Shown: piece after piece, positions 48,349 to 59,725 of the stretch
How the letters are laid out: every line of letters starts with the position of its first letter
How positions within the stretch are numbered: the first letter of the stretch is position 1
Notes under the pieces: generated by a model
The model's database searches: none
What the model was told of the DNA's origin: nothing
The model's input: only the letters and a program-made list of their open reading frames with translations
Program-made: the position numbers and the translations under genes
DNA from: Nemertoderma westbladi
Taxonomy: Eukaryota; Animalia; Xenacoelomorpha
Direction: 5' to 3'
Assembly: GCA_032718475.1 (NCBI GenBank)
Contig: JAUCBJ010008198.1
Coordinates: forward strand, 60,151-124,150
DNA: 64,000 bases

Positions 48349-48468
48349 CTTGAACCGTTTAGTTAAGTTGGTTGCAGTTGGATGTAGAGTAATGGGTTCT
48401 TCATGTAAGGGAAACTCTATATGGTCTGCCCTACGGTTTCGCACCACAATGTCCTGCCATCTAGTTAA
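48349..48468 (-). CDS. UTP14: UTP14 upstream internal exon, 120 bp
   Basis: Acceptor GTTTGTTTCAG, donor GTTAGT, phase 0/0. Encodes LTRWQDIVVRNRRADHIEFPLHEEP..KRFK (compare L.KW..VV..NR.A..L.FPL) and splices in frame to the 47532 exon. Confidence 0.85.
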
Positions 48469-49137
48469 CTGAAACAAACAATAAACAATTATTATGCTTC
48501 TCGACTAAAATATTCTCCTTACCAAGAAATTCAATAGTACAAAATAAAAAGTTTTCATAAACACAATAACAACGTCAGTGTTCGGAGGATGTTATGTTAT
48601 GGATGTAAATTATACTATTGTTATACTTAGTTCAGAAAATGAAAAAAATAAGGAAGCACGTCACTGGGGGTTGAACCATCCATCTCTACACGCGAGTTTC
48701 GGCCTGTCAGGACACTTCACTACCCGAACCAGTCCAGCCACTCTCCCCTGACTCTTGCCTTCCTATTTAAACAAATAAATAAAATATGACAGTATTCTAG
48801 AAATAATATATATTTATTGATTATCGAAATTTTAAAATTATGTCACCCACATTGATTTTACTATTTTCCCGGCGAAAAAGTAATATAAGAAAATGTGAAA
48901 ATATTTTTGGTAGAATTTATCACATTTTTTCACATGTTTTGAAAGAGCAATGACGTAGAAAATGCTTGCACGTATTTGAACAAAATCCATTCACACACAC
49001 ACAAGTTATTACAACTTTAGTGTCTGCAAGGCGAACTCCAAAACGGAACTCAATATCCAATATTGTTTATGTTGTTAAGCGGCTCTCTAGTTACGTAATA
49101 AATATTCGAGAACACAAATTATTTAACATTGAGTTAA

Positions 49138-49498
49138 TGCCTGTTTACACGTGGCAACTTTTAGAGCAAATTTAGCGACTTTAGCATTTTTTTGGAGCAA
49201 CTTCATTTAATCGCTGTTTACACGTGTCAATTTTCTTTACCAGCAACTTGCAATTGGCTACTTTTAGAGCAACTTGGCTAGTTTGACTGCAAAATAGAGG
49301 GTCATTTTATCTACTAGCTAGTTTTTGATAAATTGAATTTGATTATCCCCCTTTATTTCGCCAACGCAAATTCCTTCATGTTGCCGTAAAAGTTGAACAA
49401 CTTATCTTACGTGTTTACACGGAGCAACTTGATCGGCAACCTGGGTTGCTCTACAAGTTGCCGAGAAAGTTGCTCTAAAAGTTGCCACGTAAGAGGCC
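49138..49498. mobile_element. PIF/Harbinger-like MITE
   Basis: TTAA|TGCCTGTTTACACGTGGCAACTTTTAGAGCAA ... TTGCTCTAAAAGTTGCCACGTAAGAGGCC|TTAA. Confidence 0.7.
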
Positions 49499-49673
49499 TT
49501 AAGGCAGCATCAGGAGTTGAATACTACAATATTTTGAAACGCAGTAATTATCGGAAGGGTCGTCCATAAAGAACGTCCGAGGTCAGAGCGGGGGTAGGGG
49601 GTCTTCAAATTCGGGCATCTTCGGAAGGGGGGGGGGGGGGGGGGGATTGCTAAATTAGGATGTACGATTTTTG

Positions 49674-50992
49674 GCTCTTTTTCGGAAACGGGGGCATATT
49701 TTCAAAAAAATTGCAAGTCATTTTTTTTACATTTTAAGACTATTCATGAATGAAAATATTGATATTGAACTCATTTATATTCTAGAATTTATGGTAGCTA
49801 GTATTTATTAATAAAATAAACAATAGGCCCTACTATTCCGTACGTCCCCCCATTTTGTGAGATTTTTTTACTATACCATATTAAGTGATACTATTAAGAC
49901 TTCACTTAAGGGGGGGGGTATACCCCCCCATGAACCATTTTTTAAAATGGCTGTCAATTACTGTTAAATGATAATATTGCTATTTTGTCATTGTCAACCA
50001 CTGTATGGAAGGCCAAATTGCCTTTATAGTAAAATTTGAAAATTTGTAGCCTCCCCCTAGCGGCTGGCGGCGGAATTAAAGAATTCACTAAAATTGCTAC
50101 TAGTCCCTCAATTTTGGTCCAAATTTCTTGAAACCAACTTTTTTGGACTCAGCGTGATCGACTCTACAAAAGTTATCTTATAGAATTTTTAATTAGCCAA
50201 TTTTATTTTAATTAATTAATTTAATCTCCGACACTTAATTATCATATTTTTAATTAAAAATGGCTAATTAGAAAAAATGGTAATATTTATCAAAATTCCA
50301 TAAGATAACTTTTAAAGAGCTTCCTAAGCTCGTTCGAATGAGCCATAAACGAAGAAAATTGGTTGAAAAATGACGGAGGAGTAGTAATTTGAAAATGAAA
50401 AATGTCATTCCGAGAAAATGCCCTTCAAAGTTTAAACCGTCCCGCCAAAATTGGCTGTCTGTGTTCTGGTTGGTTAATTATTTCTGGCATGAAGGATGCA
50501 CACCAACAAGCTAAAATGTTCGTTACTTGGGTTTTCGGGGTCGCTGATTTCATTTCCGATGTCAGTTTTAATTTTTGGTGGAATCTAGTCTATCTGTCTG
50601 TCTGTCGGTCTTCTGTCTTTCTTACAATTTGACGGACAGACCGTCATACGGAAAAACAGTGATAACTCGAGAACTGAAAGAGGTCTCACTAAGCGGTTTT
50701 CAGATTTGTAATCCTCATTAAATTCTGCTCTAGGTGAAATAAAGAAACAATAATTTGAAAATTTTACCTTAGGGGGGGTATACCCCCCCTTAATCCATCC
50801 ACTAATTATTGTGTTTTTTTTATGGTAGCTAACACAGTGATTTTTTACTACCTATAACTTTTTGAAATTATATAAAAAAAATACTAGCTAGTAAAAAAAC
50901 ACTAGCTAGAAGCTACCATAACAAAATATCCACTATAAGAACATTCACCTGGAGCTATTCAGGAAAATATGCCCCCGTTTCCGAAAAAGCGC
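49674..50992. mobile_element. Middle element of the nested trio
   Basis: GCTCTTTTTCGGAAACGGGGGCATATTTTC versus reverse complement GCGCTTTTTCGGAAACGGGGGCATATTTTC. Confidence 0.75.
49910..50789. mobile_element. Inner TTAA-flanked (Kolobok-like) non-autonomous element
   Basis: TTAA on both sides; both ends are the self-palindromic G7-9TATAC7. An internal segment (~50050-50230) resembles 31260-31440. Confidence 0.7.
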
Positions 50993-53201
50993 TATATTAT
51001 AATATTAATTTATCACTGTAACAAACTGGTTATCACACATGTAGAGTTCCGAATACAGTTTATTACAACGATGGAGATTAAGTGATACTAATATTCAGGA
51101 ATAAATTACCCACATCAATGTGAGAGGAGTGCTAATTATAATATTAATTAATTATGACTATTGTAGTCAGTTAGTTACTTTTTTTGGTTGGTAAATTCCG
51201 ACATCCGATATCGGGTGTCGGGACGAGCTTGGGTAAAGGTGGGGGTGGGGTCGGGTCGGGGGGGTCAGAAATTCCGTGGTTACTCGAACGTCCTTTATGG
51301 ACAATGGACCCCGAAGAAATATAGTATAATACTACAGTTCAATTTATTTTGTAACACTTTTTCATTCTATTCACTCACGTTCTATACGCAGCAATTTCAG
51401 AAAAAAATTATTACGTATAATGGGAAAAAACATTGGAACATTATTTCACTATTTTTTCGACCCGACCTCGTTGGCGCTCGGTAAATAAAATAACCCAGAA
51501 TAATGAAAAAGTTCAACTTTTTTTTTCATAAGTAATAAATAATTCGTTTTATTTTCCTTTCTAGTCTTCTGGCTGTGGAGTTTAAACGTGGTCTCAGGGA
51601 ACTAATGGGCACAAATTACCGAAGACTCTAGTCAGAGTTCAAGTTACTATTAAACCAAATTTATTACAATTTATTAATTGTAATTTATAATTTATTTGAT
51701 TACATTTGAATTGAGCGATCTAAGCTATGTGGATAGTCAGCCAGTTCCAGTCCTCTGAGTTCAATTATATTAAGTCGGGGTGAGTAAGATGCGAAATCGC
51801 TAAACCGGGGAGGGCATCACCCTGTGAAATTGATAAAAGTACAGTAAATCTCGCTGACTTTTGAAAATTTGAAATAGTCATTGGATGATAAATAATTCCA
51901 CCTCCATAAATCGTTACTATTGCAGGACATCGCACTTCGTCGTTATTGTATTGTGATTTGCTTGTGTTGAATGGTTGGTTGTTGCGTTAATATTCACGAT
52001 AATATATCAAATAACCTGTGTGGATGGTTACGGTTAATGATGAAAATGGTTTTAATTCATCAGTAACTTGACCACGTGTAGCGAGCGTGTACCGTACCGA
52101 TACGCACCACGTACATTGCGTGCACTCGAGTTATTTTTCTTAAAATATTATAAAATTCGAGGCCATTTGTCGACCAATTCTTGTAAAAAAATGAAAAAAT
52201 CTGCATAAAAATAAGTTGGTTGGAAAAACTTTTGGTGTTTCACAATTATTAGATGATATATATAATTAATTATATATTCTAAAAAGTAAACTATTGGTGC
52301 AATATAAAGAAAAGTGGTCAAAACATGAAGGTAAACTAAATGGGTTTCATTTCAATATATATACAAATCCATATATTCTTCATATATATATTCCATACAA
52401 ATACAAACAGATTACAATGTATAAAAGCATTCGAAAAGTTACGCCTAGAGTAAAAGCACAATCAATTAACCGCAATGATATTAGTTAATACATTAGTGTG
52501 TGTGTGTAGTGTATGCAAATAAGTAGACCCTATAACTAAAAACGAAACATGAGTTAGAGGGGGGAGGGGGAGGGGGGGTGGTCTATTGATGCAAATCCCA
52601 CCTCAGCGAACACAATATACTACTATTAGGATTGTATATCGGTGATTTAACAATGTTTTATTATCAATTAAGGGAAAGGAACATATCACTGAGATGTTAT
52701 TCTAACATAAACAGCAAACGGGAGTCAAAGGTACAGGATTTATTTTCAATTTTGCCCGTAATTAACTTCTATTTGTGTCGATTTTTTCCTGGATGGGTTC
52801 AAATTTGAATGCGTCAATTGTCCCCCGCAAAATTCCACCAAAAACATACCTGCCATACATAGTTACAGGTACAGCTACAGACCCAACTTATTTTAGAAAC
52901 TTTCGTAAATTAGTATGTAATATAGCAAAGATAAACGGGAACGGGACAGACAGACTAAATGTATAGGCGATATTAACATATCGCATAAATGCTAATAATG
53001 TATGTCAACTCACTGAAAATTAGTATATAGTCTCATTGGTTGGCTCATTTTGGAGAAACTACGAACTATTATTTCTACTATATAAGGGCTCAAAAAGACC
53101 TGAATGCAATGTACAGTACATCCTGGGTTGAAATAACTACATCGACGGATATCACACAACCTCCGCATAGTTTAGGCCCAGTGTGTCTGTAGGTCTGTAG
53201 T

Positions 53202-54200
53202 CTACAGTCTCTCCCTGTCGTGAGGTTCATTGTAATTAACTTCTGGACCAATCGGAACGATTCTATGCGGATTGATAGACTCATGAGACATGAAGTAATG
53301 CTTCTTGATGTGATCGAGGTTAGTAGTCTCCCCAAAGGCGGGTATCTGATATAGTTCCTTCGTGTAATTCCATATGTTCGGGTAATCTTTTAGTCGCCTA
53401 AGATTACACTTAAAGTGGCAAACATAAACCGGGTCAAACCGCACCAGAGTGGGATACAATCGAATATCAGCTTCCGTTATTTTATCTCCAGTTAAATAGC
53501 GATTCTTCGATAGAATATCTTCTACTCGATCTAGACAAGCAAACAGAGCTGTAACTTCCTTCTCATGAGCTTCTTGGCGGGTCGCAAAGCCTGACTTGTA
53601 AACGCCGTTGTTGATTCCGGTATAAATCCAATCGTTGAGTTCATCTATCTCCTTTCTCAGAGCTTCCGGGTAGAAGTCGAGCTGCGCCTGTTCCTCAGTG
53701 GCGCTAAATCTGTTGAACTCTGAATTCAACATTCTAATAATTTCACTACTTTCGTTATTGACTATCGTCTCGTTGAATTTATCGTAGAGGACTGGGACGC
53801 TGACAGTTGATGCGTATCCCGGGACATCCGAAGTATAGACCTCGCGAAGGTATTTCCTACCATTGATCGTATCGCCTGTGGTACCCGGGTAACTCGCATC
53901 AAAACTCCATCCTTCCTTTCCAAGAAGATAATGAACAACGTTGAATGAAATCACATCCTCCAGGCCTTTCAGCTTTCTCATAATCAGGGTTCTGTGAGCC
54001 CAAGGACACGCATAGCAAACGTATAAATGATACCGACCCTTCCATGCAGCAAACTCGTGGGTTCCATCAACAAGTTTTGGCTTTTTTGCGGCCACCGGTT
54101 GGATCCAATTTCTAAACTCGCTTGCCCTTCTTTTATATTCACCGTCTTTATCGATATTCTTATTCCAAGCTGCAACAACAGAAGCATTTGTCTCGGCCAT
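53202..54200 (-). CDS. yqjG: Glutathionyl-hydroquinone reductase (Xi-class GST, YqjG/ECM4 family), copy 1, intronless, 332 aa
   Basis: GRYHLYVCYACPWAHRTLI (CPWA active site), SVPVLYDK, IVNNESSEIIRM, INNGVYKSGFA, LVRFDPVY..HFKCN, HIKKHYF.SH..INP..IVPIGP. Start taken as ATG 54200 (MAETN). The symbol is a family-level label. Confidence 0.93.
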   Translation of the reverse strand: MAETNASVVAAWNKNIDKDGEYKRRASEFRNWIQPVAAKKPKLVDGTHEFAAWKGRYHLYVCYACPWAHRTLIMRKLKGLEDVISFNVVHYLLGKEGWSFDASYPGTTGDTINGRKYLREVYTSDVPGYASTVSVPVLYDKFNETIVNNESSEIIRMLNSEFNRFSATEEQAQLDFYPEALRKEIDELNDWIYTGINNGVYKSGFATRQEAHEKEVTALFACLDRVEDILSKNRYLTGDKITEADIRLYPTLVRFDPVYVCHFKCNLRRLKDYPNIWNYTKELYQIPAFGETTNLDHIKKHYFMSHESINPHRIVPIGPEVNYNEPHDRERL

Positions 54201-54434
54201 GTTCGGTAAATAATTCGAATGAGAAAACGTGACGACGGACTTCTTAAAAAGTAAATCGGTAGGTCTACGACCAAGGAAATGAGTCAACAAGCCTAATCTT
54301 AACGTACTTCTACTAACCCACATTAAAATTACAGTAGTAGGTTCATGAGAATCTTAGGTCTGTGGGTACCGGTACCGTTACTGACACTGCTATACTGCAG
54401 TACCGTACTATATTGACGTGTCAGTATGTGTGAG

Positions 54435-54762
54435 TGTGGGGCGAGCCACGAGGTAAGCGAGCTTAGTATACGGGTGCCGCACAGCTGTGGGGCGAGCCAC
54501 GAAGTAAGCGAGCTTAGTATACGGGTACCGGACAGCTGTGGGGCGAGCCAGAAGTAAGTGAGCTTAGTATACGGGTACGCAACAGCTGTGGGGCGAGCCA
54601 CGAAGTAAGCGAGCTTAGTATAGGGGTACCGCACAGCTGTGGGGCGAGCCACGAAGTAAGCGAGCTTAGTAAACGGGTACCGCACAGCTGTGGGGCGAGC
54701 CACGAAGTAAGCGAGCTTAGTAAACGGGTACCGCACAGCTGTGGGGCGAGCCACGAAGTAAG
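54435..54762. repeat. 51-bp tandem repeat (~6.5 copies) upstream of GHR copy 1
   Basis: Unit GTGGGGCGAGCCACGAAGTAAGCGAGCTTAGTA(T/A)ACGGGTACCGCACAGCT. Confidence 0.9.
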
Positions 54763-56369
54763 CCAGTAAGTAAGAAGTAAGTACCCTTATAATAAGCTTA
54801 TTGCTTACTTCGTCCTGGGCACAAGCCCCAGAAAGAAAGCCCCCCCCCCCCCCCCCCCCCAACCCCCCCACGCGCACGAACGTATAGAATCTTGAGTAGA
54901 ATGCCTACCCTTAAACAATGAAGTAGGGATAGGTCTACTCGCAGGTACTCCATATAATAACTACGCTTTGTACCTGCTACAACACTCAATACATGTACAG
55001 CACCACCTCACCAGTCACCACACCGGCACTGCCAAAACCCACGCCGCTCCCCATGTATATATAGACAGCGCCAAATGGAAAAATAAAAAAAAACGACAAC
55101 AACACCCTACATCGAGTGATCAAGTATGACGCCCAATACCCAACAGGAAACATCGCCCAACAGCCCTCATACGACAGACTTCTCCAACACGTTCGAAACA
55201 AATGCGATTTGATCTGGAGACAAAAGTTCGACGGGTATTTTCCCGGAACTTTCAAAAATATTGGAACTTTTATCTAGTATGCCCATACAAAATTTGGTTG
55301 AAAATAGTTAAAATCTTCAAAAGTTATTTACGAATGAATTTTTCATTACAGACGGACAGACAGACGGACGGACAGACAAACATACTGAGATTCAATTTTG
55401 CCCTATTCACTAATTATAATTGTGCGCTAAGGCTGGCCCTGACTGCTGGCACGCCCCACAGTACCAATTTATTGTCTACGGCACCTACCTCACACATCAC
55501 TCCTTGACTCACCTCACCATACGGCTTACCATGCACCTTCCAGGGTTCCAGAAACCTGCACACCAGCGGAGAGCATCACTCAGTGGCTAACCTAGGGTAT
55601 CGGGTTGTTACGTCCGAACGTCGATAGAAGCCAGGTCCTTCGACATTAAGAGAAAGGATTATATTACTGGACCTAACGACCATAAGACATAATGTAATGA
55701 CGGATTACCTACCTACCCTACTACCTGGGTACTACTGTACTTACAGCATTTTGGCCCAGCCCCAACCCTATTTCAAACACCATGCCTGTGCATGCATCGT
55801 TCGTTGTGTTGGATCAGATTCATCTGTTTGCAAGCCTATGCTATGTGGGTAGATCCTGGTATTTGAAACCAATGTGAAAGTAATCCTATAATTCTACGAG
55901 AATTAATCAATTATTTGAGTTTTGACATCTCGGGATTGGAATAATCTGTCAGTAACTTTATAATTGGTACTTTATATTACACCTTTGAAATAGCGAATAC
56001 TAATTCAGCAACATTTTATAAACAACTGATAATACCAACATTTTCATTGTAAATAATAAACGGCAGTGGCACATAATAATAAATAACACCCTGATGTGGT
56101 GTTGGGAACAGGGGTGGGTGTGGGGGTCCGTGGGAGGAGAGGAACGGGGTGAGGTGGGGTAGGGAGTGACAGTGGGCGGGTTAAGATATGTGTGGGAGCG
56201 TAAAGGGGCAGGCGAGTTGGGTTGTGTTGTAAGCGGGGGATGGGTGCGGGAATTGGACAGTGGTGGGACAAAAGTAGGGATGGAAGGGGTGAGGGGGGTT
56301 GTTGTGGATAATAATATGTAACCTGAAGCGCAAATGTTATAAACACATAAATAGGACCGGGAGATCAAC

Positions 56370-58105
56370 TTAAAGTCTCTCCCTGTCGTGGGGTTCATTG
56401 TAATTAACTTCTGGACCAATCGGAACGATTCTATGCGGATTTATAGACTCATAAGGTCATATGTTACATAAGGCCTACTGTAACTTATCCATCACTACCC
56501 GGACACGGGGTCATGTTACATAAGGCCTACTGTGACTTATCCATATCCATTTGTAACTCACCCATCTCTACCCGGACACGGGGTCATGTTACATACGGCC
56601 TACTGTAACTTATCCATATCCATTTGTAACTCATTCATCACTACCCGGACACTGGGACATGCTACATTGGGCCTACTGTAACTTATCCATCACTACCCGG
56701 ACACGGGGTCATGTTACTTAAGGCATACTATATTTTATCAATTTGCTACATATCCTTATCCATCACTACCCGGGCACGGGGTCATGTTACATAGGGCCTA
56801 CTGTGACTTATCCGTTACTATCTGTGTGCGGTGTCAAGTAACAAATTACGTTTAATTGGGTTTTTTTGTGAATAAAGAGATTCGGTATTAAATCGCTCAA
56901 TTGTGTACAAATTTTTTAATTGAAAGTGATATTTGGTTGTTTGTTTTATATTTTGTTCCATTTTCATTGGGATACTATTCATTTACTTTAAAATCAAACT
57001 ATGATTCATACGTGTATATGACTATAATACGTATTGTATATAATTTTTTATATTTTAAGGGGTACAGCACCTACTAGCAAATTGTGCTATCTTGCTGGCC
57101 CCGCCATTGAGTAGGACTGCCCACTGTCTCTTTTTTATATCCTTTTTTGGGTGTTGTTTTGGTTTATTTAGTGGTGCAGGGTATGTTTATCGACAATTAT
57201 TAAATAAATAAAACAAAAAGTCAAAAGTCATGAGACATGAAGTAATGCTTCTTGATGTGATCGAGGTTAGTAGTCTCCCCAAAGGCGGGTATCTGATATA
57301 GTTCCTTCGTGTAATTCCATATGTTCGGGTAATCTTTTAGTCGCCTAAGATTACACTTAAAGTGGCAAACATAAACCGGGTCAAACCGCACCAGAGTGGG
57401 ATACAATCGTATATCAGCTTCGGTTATTTTATCTCCAGTTAAATAGCGATTCTTCGATAGAATATCTTCTACTCGATCTAGACAAGCAAACAGAGCTGTA
57501 ACTTCCTTCTCATGGGCTTCTTGGCGGGTCGCAAAGCCTGACTTGTAAACGCCGTTGTTGATTCCGGTATAAATCCAATCGTTGAGTTCATCTATCTCCT
57601 TTCTCAGAGCTTCCGGGAAGAAGTCGAGCTGCGCCTGTTCCTCAGTGGCGCTAAATCTGTTGAACTCTGAATTCAACATTCTAATAATTTCACTACTTTC
57701 GTTATTGACTATCGTCTCGTTTACTTTATCGTAGAGGACTGGGACGCTGATTATGGATGTATAGTCAGGGTCTGTAGAGGAGTAGATCTGACGTAGAAAT
57801 GCAGATCCATTCACTGTATCCCGAGTGCAACCAGGATAACTATCATCAAAGTGCCAACCTTTGTTTGTTTTATAGAAATGAACAACATTGAATGAAATTA
57901 CATCCTCCAGACCTTTGAGTTTTCTCATAATCAGGGTTCTGTGAGCCCAAGGACACGCATAGCAAACGTATAAATGATACCGACCCTTCTCGGGTGGAAA
58001 CCTTGTTTTTCCAACGGAAATGTCATCATTTATCCAATCCCTAAATTCACTTGCTTTCCTTTTAAATTCGCCATCGATAATAGATTTATTTGAAGGAAGA
58101 GCCAT
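56370..58105 (-). pseudogene. yqjG: Glutathionyl-hydroquinone reductase copy 2, split near its 3' end by a 775-bp insertion
   Basis: CDS 58105-57228 runs to ..HYFMSH and then stops inside the insert. The missing ESINPHRIVPIGPEVNYNEPHDRERL* is at 56452-56370. Confidence 0.88.
56453..57227 (+). mobile_element. Insertion resembling the 3' end of a 5'-truncated non-LTR retroelement
   Basis: TCAT duplicated at both junctions; ~52-75-bp internal tandem repeats (56460-56815); ends in AATAAATAAAAC(AAAAGTC)2; no GT-AG on the gene strand. Confidence 0.65.
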
Positions 58106-58717
58106 TGCTGCATTACTATGAGCAAATATAGAGATACATAAGTGCACACCTTACCATACCAAGGTACCGATAATGAACTATATATTGGATTCAATCAAAT
58201 ACAAAAAGTAGCACCTCATTTCACTCTGTACTGTATTTAATTCCAATATATTGTATTATATTCAAGTTTATAACTTATACAACGGCCCCTTTCGTGGCAT
58301 GTTTGTAACACCTAGTATACTGAGATTGAGGGCCAGCCAACCCAGGACAAGCGAGTTAATCAACTAAGATCACTCCAGCATTGTTTGGGCAGGCACCGAA
58401 CACCAAGGTCAGTCCTAAGGAAAATATATGAGAAGACGCTGGTATCCTATTCTAAGCAATAAACAACATTTACTAATCTGTACTGTACCAATGCACTAAT
58501 TAGACAAATATTTACCCATTATACACAATTTAGGTCAACGGGTTATTACTGGGAAAAAAGTAGGCTTCAATTGGTTTGTTTCTAGCTCTAGCACATAATG
58601 GTTGACACTGTTGACAGGCCCGACAAAAACGAAGTGATGGACTCATGGTACAGTATGCTGGACAGTGAGTGGTGAATATTATTGTGCGTCAACCTAAAGC
58701 TTTAATATTTTAAAAGT

Positions 58718-59725
58718 AAGCAAAAAAGCAAAAAGTTAGGGGTGGGCGCTACTCCTATCTGCTAACCGAAGGTAAGGGCGGGCGCTACTCCTATCTGTTA
58801 CCTGAAGGTAGGGCTGGGCGCTACTCCTATCTGCTACGCGAAGGTAGGGGTGGGCGCTACTCCTATCTGCTACCCGAAGGTAGGGGTGAGCGCTACTCCT
58901 ATCTGCTACCCGAGGGTAGGGGTGGGCGCTACTCTTATCTGCTAACCGAAGGTAGGGGTGGGCGCTACTCCTATCTGCTAACCGAAGGTAAGGGCGGGCG
59001 CTACTCCTATCTGTTACCTGAAGGTAGGGGTGGGCGTACTCCTATCTGCTACCCGAGGGTAGGGGTTGGCGCTACTCCTATCTGCTACCCGAAGGTAGGG
59101 CTTGGCGCTACTCCTATCTGCTAACCGAAGGTAGGGGTGGGCGCTACTCCTATCTGCTACCCGAAGGTAGGGGTGGACGCTACTCCTATCGGCTACCCGA
59201 AGGTAGGGGAGGGTGCTACTCCTATCTGCTACCCGAGGGTAGGGGTGGGCGCTACTCCTATCTGCAACCCGAAGGTAGGGGTGGGCGCTACTCCTATCAG
59301 CTACCCGTAGGTAGGGGTGGGCGCTAGTCCTATCTGCTACCCGAAGGTAGGGGTGGCCGCTACTCCTATCTGCTACCCGAAGGTAGGGGTGGGCGCTACT
59401 CCTATCTGCTACCCGAGGGTAGGGGTGGGCGCTACTCCTATCTGCTACCCGAAGGTAGGGGTGGGTGCTACTCCTATCTGCTACCCGAAGGTAGTGGTGG
59501 GCGCTACTCCTATCTGCTACCCGAGGGTAGGGGAGGGTGCTACTCCTATCTGCTACCCGAGGGTAGGGGAGGGCGCTACTCCTATCCCATGATTTGCTCC
59601 CAGTTATTTAACTGGTACTCATTTTATCGACCCCAGTGGATGAAAGGCTGAGTGGACCCTGGCGGGGTTGAACCTACAACCAATAGATTGCAGGCCCGGC
59701 GCTTAACCAACTGAGCTACCCCGCC
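58718..59725 (-). mobile_element. tRNA-derived SINE with a tandemly amplified 3' region
   Basis: Head GGCGGGGTAGCTCAGTTGGTTAAGCG (box A) and GGTTCAACCCC (box B). Core GTCCACTCAGCCTTTCATCC..GGGGTCGATAAAATGAGTACCAG. TSD-like ATTTTAAA(A/T)GT at 58707-58717 and 59726-59736. Confidence 0.8.
58738..59586. repeat. 36-bp minisatellite (~23 copies) within the SINE
   Basis: Unit GGGTGGGCGCTACTCCTATCTGCTACCCGAAGGTAG. Confidence 0.95.

Larger units (their letters stand above)
49557..51312. mobile_element. Outer element of a nested trio (Harbinger-like ends)
   Basis: GGGTCGTCCATAAAGAACGTCCGAG versus reverse complement GGGGTCCATTGTCCATAAAGGACGTTCGAG. Confidence 0.6.

Noticed and set aside
54435-54762. 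Helitron 3'-end origin of the 51-bp repeat
   Set aside because: Only a loose resemblance (GC-rich stretch before TTAGT); no clear hairpin plus CTRR terminus.
56453-57227. Intron in GHR copy 2
   Set aside because: No GT..AG on the gene strand; the junction duplication and A-rich tail indicate an insertion, and copy 1 is continuous here.
59655-59725. tRNA gene (GCA anticodon-like loop)
   Set aside because: The T and anticodon stems do not pair properly, and the sequence continues into a SINE core with a TSD.
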